64,000 nucleotides of DNA from Macrostomum hystrix. Lineage: Eukaryota > Animalia > Platyhelminthes. The position numbers and the translations under genes were made by a program. Below are positions 45,675-54,467 of the stretch, piece after piece. The notes under the pieces are model-generated. The model was not told where the DNA came from, did no database searches, and worked only from the letters and a program-made list of their open reading frames with translations. The DNA lies in assembly GCA_950097015.1 (NCBI GenBank), contig CATNEN010000001.1, positions 16,182,001 to 16,246,000 on the forward strand, given 5' to 3'. The stretch's first letter is position 1. Each line of letters opens with the position of its first letter.

Positions 45675-48600
45675 GGGAGACTGAGGAGTCAGCTGGAGGA
45701 GAGGGTAGGGGCTCTCCTAGCACCAGCTTCCTCGAGCGTTGGTATGCCTCCAGCGCTGACCCCTATGTGACGGCGATGGTTTCCAAGAAGACGGTGCCTT
45801 TTCTCCTAGACTCAGGGAGCAGGCGCTGTCTGATTGGAAGTGAGACGTGGGCATCTCTGCGGCATGTAGTGCCGCACGCTGTGCTGACAGGAGAGAGTGC
45901 CCTGTGCAACTTTGATGGTTCTCGATTGCCGGTTTTAGGGCGAGTCGCCTTTGAGGTCAGGCTCGGCGACTACGCTGTAGACGTCGAGTTCTGCGTGACG
46001 AAGGGCGAGCACGAGAACATCCTAGGAATTGATTTCATGCGCCAGCACACCCAGAAGATTGACTTTCCGAAGGGAATGCTGACCATGAAGTCAGGAACCA
46101 GAGTGCCGCTGAGGTTCACGAGGCGAGAGGCGAGGGCCAGTCGGGTTTACTCACTCGAGCAGACCACTGTGCCAGCGCGCTCTTCGATGCTCGTAGCGGT
46201 GAAGCTAGCGGGTGGCCGGACTGACTGTCATGGCACGCCGCTGCTTGTCGAGTCCTTGAGGTCAGGACTGAAGCCAGGGGCGTCTCAGGTCGAGATGGCC
46301 CCGACATTGCTGACGATGGCTGACGGGACAGGGTGTGTTGAAGTCATCAATACCTCTTGCTTCCCGGCGGTCATTCGAAGCAATGGTCTTGTAGGGCTAG
46401 CGAGGCCACTGAAGGCCGACGAACTCGAATATCTACCAGAGCTAGAGGAGACGCCGGTCAGGCAGGTTCAGGCAGAAGGGCTGGAGAGCGATGAGGCATG
46501 GCTAGAGGAGGTGGAGATTTGTGAGAGGTTGACCGAGGAGCAGAGGCATCGGGTTAAGATGTTGAGAGAGTGCCGCGAGGCATTCGCAATGCATCCCCTG
46601 GACCATGGTGTCACTGACTTAGTCACTCATGAGATCATTGTGACAGATCCCACTCCAGTTCGCATTCCACCGAGGAGGATCCCGCCTCACTTGATGGAAC
46701 AGTTGGACAAGATGCTGGATGAGATGTTGGCGAAAGGCATCATCAAGCCGACATTCTCCAGTTACAACACGCCTCTCCTGATTGTCCCTAAGAAAGACAA
46801 GACTATCAGGATTGTCTTAGACTATCGCGAGTTGAATAGCCGCTGCCTGAAGCACGTCTATCCGCTGCCAGACATACAGCAGACCTTTGAGCATTTGAGA
46901 GGGGCGCAGTACTATTCCGCCCTCGATCTTGCACAAGGTTTCTGGCAGATCCCGCTGAGAGAGCAGGATAGACACCTGACCGCGTTCTCGGTTCACCACA
47001 GAGGTCAGTTTGAGTTTACTGTGTTGCCGATGGGCATGACGGATTCGGCAGGGTCCTTTCAGCGCTGTATCAACAAGCTGCTGGAGGGGCTGACGCCAAA
47101 GGTAGCGTTGGGGTATATCGATGATATACTCGTCCACTCGCCTACCTTTGACGACCATTTGGAGCATCTGAGGATGATGCTGACTCGAATCCGTGAAGCC
47201 CAGTTCAAGCTGAAGCCGAAGAAGTGCCAGCTGTTCAAGAGGGAGCTGCACTACTTAGGCCATGTGGTGACACCAGAAGGCATCCTGACGAACGAGGATA
47301 AGATCGCCGAGCTCAGAGGCTGGCCGACACCTCGAAGCGCCAAAGAATTGCGCAGCTTCTTGGGGTTGGCACAGTACTACAAGAAGTTCGTCCGCAATTA
47401 CTCAGGGATTGCAGCACCATTGCACGAGCTCACTAAGCGGGACGTTACCAGCTTGAAGGGTCTGTGGAAGACAGAGCATGAGAGAGCCTTTCAGGGATTG
47501 AAGGATGCGTTGTGCTCAACGGAGGTACTGGCGTACCCGGAGTACACCTCTGACCCGAAGGTGACTTTCGTCCTGGACACAGATGCCTCTGATGACCGCA
47601 TAGGGGCTTGTTTGAATCAGCTGCAGTCTGATGGAGTAGAAAGGCCTGTTGGCTACTACAGCCGGAAGCTGCGAGGGCCGGAGACCCGCTACACTACGAC
47701 CCGCAAAGAATTGCTGGCAGTCGTAGATGCGATGCGGTATTTCCGGTACTTCCTGGTTGGCAAGAAGTTTGTTGTCCGGTCCGATCACAAGGCCCTGTTG
47801 TGGCTCATGCATCAGACCGAGGCGACAGGCATCCTAGGCCGTTGGGTTGAGAGAATGAGTGAGTTTGACTTCACCATTGTTCATCGTCCTGGAAAGTCTC
47901 ACCAAAATGCTGACTCGATGTCGAGAAAGCCGGATAACCCGGTGAATTGTTCCTTTGGGGTGGTGACACCCCACAACCAGTTCGGTGCGAGTGCTTGCAC
48001 CCGCCAAGTTTCGAGTCAGCTGGAGGAGGGACAGGAAAGGGACAATAAACAGGTTGAAGTCAACGAAGCCGCAGAGCCACTGCGAGCTGTGAAACCCAAA
48101 GCTCAAGATGTCGTTGACGGCCGACCAGGATGGGAAGCAGCTGTGTCTGAAGGACTGGTGGAAGAGCCGGTCCTGGAGCCTGTCGAGGTGCGCCAAGAAA
48201 AGGCGGTGCTGCAAGGGTGTCAGGAAGACACGACCGCAGGCCAGCCTGTGAGGCGGGAAGCACCTGTCAACGGGGCCCCGCAGTCAGCTCGTTGCAGCCA
48301 GTTCTGCCTGCAGACTGTGGATGCCGCCGTGCAGACGGTAGCTACTGAAGGTAGCTGGAGCCAGGGAGCCACAAGGGAGGAGCACTGGGTGCGGGGCTGT
48401 GATGCCAAGGCACAGGTGCAAACTCAGGTGGTGGCGGAAGGCTCAGAGGTGAAGGAGAAGGTGCCCGCTCGTTGCAGCCAGTCCTGCCTGCAGGCGCCAG
48501 ATCCGGAACCTCTGGTGTGTCCGGAGACAGAGGAGGAAGTGTCCGCTCGTTGCAGCCAGTCCTGCCTGCAGACACCGAATCCTGCTGTTGAGGAGTTCTC

Positions 48601-50722
48601 GGAAACAGGGGAGAAGTCGCTGGCTCGTTGCAGCCAGTCCTGCCTGCGAGCGACTGATCCCGCTGTGTCAAGGTCCTCGGGTCAGGAGGATCAGCAGTTA
48701 GCTCGTTGCAGCCAGTCCTGCCTGCCGACTGTTGGTCTCTCCGTGGGACAGGGAGCAGAGGTGGAGGGGAGTTGTCAGACTCGTTGCGACCAGTCTCGCC
48801 TGTCAAGGACACCCCCTGCTGCCAGGGCTCCTGGGTCCAAGGACAAGGAGGACAAGGACAATGGAGAGCTGCCTCAGGTAAGAGCAGTGGTGACAGAGTT
48901 CCTGAGGGTGCCGGTTAGCCAGGTCGAGTTGCTAGAAGCTCAGCACCAAGACCCGGCAATCCGATACCTGACGGAACTGAAACTGTCAGGAAGGCAAAAG
49001 CCCAGGTTCGATCAGCGACTCCAGATGCCGAAAGAGGTCAGAGACCTCCTGGGTGCATTTGAGGAGCTGGAGGTGCGCGACGGGTTGCTCGTCATAGACT
49101 TTGATGACAACCGGCCGCCGCGACCAGTGCTACCGAAAGCGTTAGACTCGCGTGTCTTTGAGGCCTTGCATGACTCACCCCTGGCGGGTCATCTCGGCCA
49201 GTCCAAGACGGTGCAGAGAGTGAGAGACAGGTTCTGGAGACCCGGTCTCTGGTCGGAGGCGACGGGGTACGTGGCACGTTGCAGGACATGCCTGGAGAGC
49301 AAGTCAAGGCGGAAGGAGATAGTCCCACCGCAGAGCTTTCCAGTGTGTGAGGTTTTGGGAAGGGTGCACGCCGACGTAATCGGGCCTTTGTCTCAACCAA
49401 GTGCCCGAGGACATCGGTACATCCTCACCCTGTGTGATGCAACATCGAAGTACCCGTTTGCCTATCCGATGCGAAACCAGAAAACGAAGACCGTGATCAA
49501 ACTGCTGCTGGATAGGTTCATTCCCGAGTACGGTGCACCAGCCTGGTTGCACACGGACCAGGGGACGAACTTTATGAGTGCAGAGTTTGAGGACTTTTGT
49601 AAGCTGTATGGCATCCGTCATACGCACACGTGTCCCTATAACCCGGCCAGCAATGGACAGGTCGAAAATCTGAATCGCCAGATCAAGTCAGTGCTCACGT
49701 GTTTGTTGGAGAAAGAGCATAGGGATTGGGACCTGATGCTGCCCGCGTGCTTAATCGCGTTGCGCACCAGTGTCCACCCTGTGACCGGGTACACGCCGTA
49801 CTTCCTGGTCTTCGGACGGGAGTACCGGCTGCCCGTCGACAACACGTTGACAGCACTGGCTGAGTACGCAGACCTGCCGGATTATCTCCGACATTTCCAG
49901 GAGCGCATAGACCAGGCGGTCAATTGTGCCCGGGACAAGCTCGAGAGGTATCAGGTGCTGCGAGAGGAGCACTACCAAGAGAGACCGCAGGCGAGACCAC
50001 TCCGCCCGGGCCAGCTGGTCTTACTTAACAACCCGGTGATCGAATCCGGAGAAATCAGCAAGTTCCATCGGCCTAGACAATCGGTCTACGTGGTGCTCGA
50101 GTGCAAGGGCGAGACGGTATACAAGATCAGGCGACACGGCAACACCAGGAAGGCCAGGAAGCAGGTGCTGGTAGTCCACCGGCGCAACCTGCTCCCGGTA
50201 CCGGCCTCAATGTGCGACAGGACAGAGGAGGCGAGCCCGGCACGGTGGAAGCTCGGAAGGCCACCCAAGGGTGGCACTCCAGCAGCTGACGCGGCCGGTG
50301 AGCCTACCGACAGCGATGACGACGACGACGACGACGACGAGATCGGCCTGTGGAGCGCTCGAAGGTGGCACCTGCGACCACGAGCTGTCTCCAGGTCGAA
50401 TCTCCACGACCCGGCCGGCACGGAGATCTGCAACGGAGAAGAGGCGGGGGAAGCGTGCGGTGATGTGGTTGTCCTGCCGTCGGACAGTCCGTTGCCCTCT
50501 CCAACCCTGCCCCCCATCCCATCCTCTATGCACGGGGAGATTGCAGAAGGTGCTAGGGCCAGAGAAGAAGGTGAGGCTGCTCAGATAGGTGACGCTAGGG
50601 ATCAGGAGCCGCAGCAAAGGCCGCAAAGAGTTAGGCGAGAGCCGGAAAGGCTGCAGGTCGATCCTAGGAGAAAATCCTATTTCATCAGAATGATGCGCCG
50701 CATACCTAAAATGTTTCAGTGA
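45608..50722 (+). CDS. pol: Pol (PR-RT-RNaseH-repeat linker-IN), read by -1 frameshift
   Basis: G GGA AAC at 45608-45614 in phase; LDSGS, YIDD, DTDAS, HHCC and DDE motifs; no stops. Confidence 0.95.
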   Translation, partial: GKRDGEEHGRQCPSQSSSWTGLRETEESAGGEGRGSPSTSFLERWYASSADPYVTAMVSKKTVPFLLDSGSRRCLIGSETWASLRHVVPHAVLTGESALCNFDGSRLPVLGRVAFEVRLGDYAVDVEFCVTKGEHENILGIDFMRQHTQKIDFPKGMLTMKSGTRVPLRFTRREARASRVYSLEQTTVPARSSMLVAVKLAGGRTDCHGTPLLVESLRSGLKPGASQVEMAPTLLTMADGTGCVEVINTSCFPAVIRSNGLVGLARPLKADELEYLPELEETPVRQVQAEGLESDEAWLEEVEICERLTEEQRHRVKMLRECREAFAMHPLDHGVTDLVTHEIIVTDPTPVRIPPRRIPPHLMEQLDKMLDEMLAKGIIKPTFSSYNTPLLIVPKKDKTIRIVLDYRELNSRCLKHVYPLPDIQQTFEHLRGAQYYSALDLAQGFWQIPLREQDRHLTAFSVHHRGQFEFTVLPMGMTDSAGSFQRCINKLLEGLTPKVALGYIDDILVHSPTFDDHLEHLRMMLTRIREAQFKLKPKKCQLFKRELHYLGHVVTPEGILTNEDKIAELRGWPTPRSAKELRSFLGLAQYYKKFVRNYSGIAAPLHELTKRDVTSLKGLWKTEHERAFQGLKDALCSTEVLAYPEYTSDPKVTFVLDTDASDDRIGACLNQLQSDGVERPVGYYSRKLRGPETRYTTTRKELLAVVDAMRYFRYFLVGKKFVVRSDHKALLWLMHQTEATGILGRWVERMSEFDFTIVHRPGKSHQNADSMSRKPDNPVNCSFGVVTPHNQFGASACTRQVSSQLEEGQERDNKQVEVNEAAEPLRAVKPKAQDVVDGRPGWEAAVSEGLVEEPVLEPVEVRQEKAVLQGCQEDTTAGQPVRREAPVNGAPQSARCSQFCLQTVDAAVQTVATEGSWSQGATREEHWVRGCDAKAQVQTQVVAEGSEVKEKVPARCSQSCLQAPDPEPLVCPETEEEVSARCSQSCLQTPNPAVEEFSETGEKSLARCSQSCLRATDPAVSRSSGQEDQQLARCSQSCLPTVGLSVGQGAEVEGSCQTRCDQSRLSRTPPAARAPGSKDKEDKDNGELPQVRAVVTEFLRVPVSQVELLEAQHQDPAIRYLTELKLSGRQKPRFDQRLQMPKEVRDLLGAFEELEVRDGLLVIDFDDNRPPRPVLPKALDSRVFEALHDSPLAGHLGQSKTVQRVRDRFWRPGLWSEATGYVARCRTCLESKSRRKEIVPPQSFPVCEVLGRVHADVIGPLSQPSARGHRYILTLCDATSKYPFAYPMRNQKTKTVIKLLLDRFIPEYGAPAWLHTDQGTNFMSAEFEDFCKLYGIRHTHTCPYNPASNGQVENLNRQIKSVLTCLLEKEHRDWDLMLPACLIALRTSVHPVTGYTPYFLVFGREYRLPVDNTLTALAEYADLPDYLRHFQERIDQAVNCARDKLERYQVLREEHYQERPQARPLRPGQLVLLNNPVIESGEISKFHRPRQSVYVVLECKGETVYKIRRHGNTRKARKQVLVVHRRNLLPVPASMCDRTEEASPARWKLGRPPKGGTPAADAAGEPTDSDDDDDDDDEIGLWSARRWHLRPRAVSRSNLHDPAGTEICNGEEAGEACGDVVVLPSDSPLPSPTLPPIPSSMHGEIAEGARAREEGEAAQIGDARDQEPQQRPQRVRREPERLQVDPRRKSYFIRMMRRIPKMFQ
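48287..48805 (+). repeat. 78-bp (26-aa) in-frame repeat, ARCSQSCL core, between RNaseH and integrase
   Basis: Cores at 48287, 48467, 48545, 48623, 48701 and a degenerate one at 48779. Confidence 0.9.
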
Positions 50723-50796
50723 TTCCTATCCTCCGAATCAGGCCGAGGAAGATCCCTTGGAGAACAAGAAAAATAAAATAAAATAAAGGAAAAGGA

Positions 50797-51738
50797 ATGG
50801 AGAATAATGAAAATCTCGGACCGGAAGGAAGAGTGGTCACGAGGCCAAAGTTGCCGGCTCCCACACGTCGGGTGCAGGAAGCATCCAAGAGCCCCCTGAA
50901 GGAGCGTCAGGAGCCAGTGAGTAAACGACTAGCACTTTTAAGGTGTCAGTTTGGGAACAGCGCGCCCTTTCCCTTGGGTCAGCGCTCACCGAACTGGCAT
51001 CAGCATCTTATGCCCGCCCTCCCTCGATGTTCACAGAGGAAGCGAATTGCGTCAGAGGCCCCCCAATCGGTCCCTAGGGCCAAGAGGGATCAGGCCAGCA
51101 TGGCGATCGCCGAGGCTCAGGACGCAGCCTGTCAGGCGGCGCGTCCACGGCTGAGTTCTAGCAGCAGCGGGTCGTTGGACGTGCAGGTGGATATTAATGA
51201 GGATCTGTGGGCCCAACTGCAATTTGGGATGCCCTCATCGGAGGATGAAGGCATGCTAGATGATGAGGAGAGCGAGCATGAAGACGTGCCGGAAGGACCA
51301 GCAGCACCACCTGTGTTCCATCCTCCTGCACCGTCGAGGTCATCCTCGGATGACAGCGTCGAGGAGTTGGAAGGGGCTGCTGCGAGGCCCAGAAGACGCA
51401 GAGGCGGTGCCCAGCGACGCCGGCAGCGCCGAGCCCAATGGGGCCACAGAGCGCCAGCACGTGAAATGGCCATTGCGCAGGTGGCCGAGTCGCTAGCACG
51501 CGCTGCCCGGATGGAGAGGGAAGAAGGCTGGCCTATAGAAGTACACCAGGCGTTCGCCGCAGAAGATCGGGCCACCCGACGTGAAATGGCCCAGGAAGCT
51601 GCGGCGCGGGCCGAGATAATGGTGGGCGGCCTAGCTCCAGCGCCATACCAGATCAGAGCCAGGTACGGCCAGGTGGTCGTGGAGCTTGTTGAAGAGTGGT
51701 GGCTGCCGGAGGCATTGGCACGTATGGCTCCCAGGTGA
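50797..51738 (+). CDS. ORF3 of unknown function (313 aa; acidic and Arg-rich; not env-like)
   Basis: Open ATG ORF between pol and the 3' LTR; no signal peptide or transmembrane stretch visible. Confidence 0.7.
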   Translation: MENNENLGPEGRVVTRPKLPAPTRRVQEASKSPLKERQEPVSKRLALLRCQFGNSAPFPLGQRSPNWHQHLMPALPRCSQRKRIASEAPQSVPRAKRDQASMAIAEAQDAACQAARPRLSSSSSGSLDVQVDINEDLWAQLQFGMPSSEDEGMLDDEESEHEDVPEGPAAPPVFHPPAPSRSSSDDSVEELEGAAARPRRRRGGAQRRRQRRAQWGHRAPAREMAIAQVAESLARAARMEREEGWPIEVHQAFAAEDRATRREMAQEAAARAEIMVGGLAPAPYQIRARYGQVVVELVEEWWLPEALARMAPR

Positions 51739-53145
51739 AGAAAGAGACAGTTGGTGCGCCACACTCCGCTATCGTGTTTTTATTCAGAGAGGTCGTGTGA
51801 CCCGGAAGGGAGTTTTCCCTGTTTATCGACCCCTGTAATTCTCTTTTTGTACTGTCTGCTCGTATGTGTTCGTACTGTTTTTATTCAGTTTGTTAATCCT
51901 AGCGAGTACGGATGATTTTTGTATTCTTTGTAGTCGATTGTAACGTGAAATTTTATTGATGATGGATTCAAGGAAATAAAAGGTGCTTACCTGAGTTTTG
52001 TTTTAAGTGCGGCTGACGGCCAGCCGGTGTTGACCGTCATCCTTTAGCTGGAGGAGAATGATGTGCTGTAGACTGCTGAGCAGCCTCCAGGCAATCTGAG
52101 AGTCAGGCTGTTCTAGGTCTGTGGGAGGGCTAGGGTTGGTAGTTAGTGTTCCCCGTGCACTGTCACTTCCGCTCGCCACCCCCCTTCCGCTGTCTCTCTC
52201 TTTCCAGCTCTGTCTGCGCACTGAGTCATATTGCACACCATGGTGCAATCGCTTAAGTTCGGAAGAAGACTGGCATAACATCGCTCAAATGCTCCTACTA
52301 TGAGTAGAGCACAGTCCGACGAATCCTTGAGAGGGTGTTAGTGCCATGGTAAACACAACTTCTGTACGAATATGCACGTTTCTTGTCTCCAGTCTTCATG
52401 CCGTTTAGCGACACTTCAGCTTTGCTTCGGTTCGCTTTCTTCTTGCATCTTATTGGCAAACAAACCGTATACTGCGTTTAGAAGCAGAGTATACCGGGTG
52501 TTTCAGAGCAAGGTCAGATAAGTTAATTATAGGCTAACTTAGAGCAATCCGAGGAAACTAGGTAATCTAGCCTGACTACCGGATTGTTCCTCTGCCAGGA
52601 AGCATCTGCGTTGAGGCCGGTATAAAAATCTCTCTCGGAATCTAGTTCCTGTCTTGGTTATTTTACCAATTGTGTGTGCCACGCTACCACAGGTACAACA
52701 CTTTGCTTTCTGTATTTTGTATGTAATTTTTTAATAATCCTAATTTTTAGCAAGTTCTGTCTTGCTTACTTCTATTCCAAGTTGTTCTTCTTTTATAACT
52801 TGCAAATGCTTGTTTAATTGTCTCTTTCTGTTATATTGTATCTGTGAAATAAAGAAATGAGTAACGTATTTGCAAATTAAAATTAATAAGAATATACGAT
52901 AACATTCATTTTTTCAATAAGAAAATTAAAATATTTTTGTTCATGTTTAATAAGTTATTTAAAGGAATACGAGAGAATAATTAATACGATTTTTCATTCA
53001 GAGCTACACTACTAATAGTAGTATTCACAACATTTTACAATGGTCCGAAATTGGTCCTCCGTCGGCCGACGGCGGACGTCCGCCGGACTAAATTTCTGCG
53101 TACAATAGACCAAAAGTCAAAGTCCGGCGGACCCAAAAAATCATT

Positions 53146-53174
53146 GTCCGCCGGACGATGTTTTTTACACCGGG
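53146..53174 (-). repeat. Right TIR of copy B, with gtccg/cggac subterminal motifs from ~53040
   Basis: Reverse complement cccggtgtaaaaaacatcgtccggcggac; followed by TA. Confidence 0.9.
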
Positions 53175-54467
53175 TAACTTTGATTATAGGCAATCGTTAT
53201 AGACAAAGATAAATATGTAAATTGGGTCTGAAAATTCCATTTTTTCAGATGTTCTCCATGAACACCTGACGCCCGGTACACGGTCAGGTGCGTCAAGAAA
53301 TGGAAGCTGCGGATGACATTACTATTAGTGTCCATTCTAAGATTGCTCCCCAGAAGTTCGAGCGTCATGAAACTGTTGCTGTACAGTTCAGCGGCATAAT
53401 CACTGCAATATAACTGTTCGTCGAGAGAAATAAATTCGAATATAATTTTTTATTAATTAATAGACGAAGCAGTCAAACAGGCATTTTGTACGAGAGAAGA
53501 GCTTAAAGTGCATTTATCAGGAAACCTGTGTGCTCTTTTATATTGGCTCCTTGAGCTTTCCCATTTTTAGTTCCGTAATATACTGTTGGTCTGTTCAATC
53601 TCACTCTTCTTCACTTGCTTTGCATTTAGTACCCTGCAACTATTCAATTGTACAAAAACATTTTCGGTTTGGATGCAATATGGCAGCATGGCTTACTTCT
53701 GACATGTATATATACAGATACTTAGTCTTTATTTTTTTCTCCCGCTATGCATCCTTTTAATATTTTTACAGAAAATTCAACGTTCTTTTTTGCGGGCAAT
53801 TAAGCAGCCACACACAGTCAGACTTATTCATTATACTAACCTGCGCTACAAAAAATCAATATTCATTTTCGTTGACTCTTACTTCTTTGTTGTCGAAATT
53901 GGAAAGGCAACGCAGCGAAACAAAATGCTGACATAGCTAGTACTTTCACTTTTGATCGAATATTTTTCGAGTCGCAGAGTCACTGCGAACAATAGAACAA
54001 CGAACCCATAGAACAACCAGCCACTTTCTTGATTTATAGTTTCACATATCCGGATTCAGTTGCATTTCCGCGATCAAAATTCATGGCCCGATTATCTGGC
54101 ACGGCTTTTAAGAGCAGGAGGAAAGAGGAAACAGAGAAAAAGAGGAAACAATTATGGTGGGTGTCGCAGTTTTAGACAACTAGCCAAGTTACAATAAGCT
54201 AGCTATGCTACCCTAAGAAACGCTTTGTTTGTCTAGTCTGGACTCAAGTTTTTCTTATCTCTGCTGTGTTTATTTCATGTTATTTTACTTCCCCTCTGGA
54301 TCTCTCACTTTAGTTGGGTTAGGCCATGGAATTCCCCAATTAAAATTGTCAATGACACCTATCGCTTTACAAATTTGATAATATACGTTTATAAATTTTG
54401 GTCTGAAACATTCCATACTTTTCCAGACGTTCTTTATGAACACCTGACGCCTGGTATACGGTCAGGT
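53175..54467 (+). repeat. Continuation of copy A: ~1.3-kb sub-repeat and start of its next unit
   Basis: Homologous to 12912-13097 plus 24039-~24650; from ~54050 it repeats the 4673-5065 / 12379-13034 block. Confidence 0.8.

Larger units (their letters stand above)
43679..52700 (+). mobile_element. Apparently intact Ty3/gypsy LTR retrotransposon (9.0 kb)
   Basis: LTRs 43679-44321 and 52059-52700 (one C-run indel seen), TSD CTTT, tRNA-Leu-like PBS TGGTGGCAAAGCGGTG at 44323, PPT ggaggagaa at 52050. Confidence 0.96.
5066..53174. mobile_element. Giant CACTA/EnSpm (CMC superfamily) DNA transposon, copy B, 48.1 kb including nested insertions
   Basis: TIRs match at 26/29 nt, TA lies on both sides, and the joined flanks reproduce the empty site at 12901-12930. 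An EnSpm-type transposase lies inside. Confidence 0.85.

Noticed and set aside
48467-48780. CRISPR array
   Set aside because: The repeat lies in frame inside a eukaryotic retrotransposon pol, the spacers are related to each other, and there are no cas genes.
44357-51764. Numerous antisense ORFs over gag, pol and ORF3 (also over 35379-39091)
   Set aside because: Shadow frames of GC-rich coding sequence with no independent signals.
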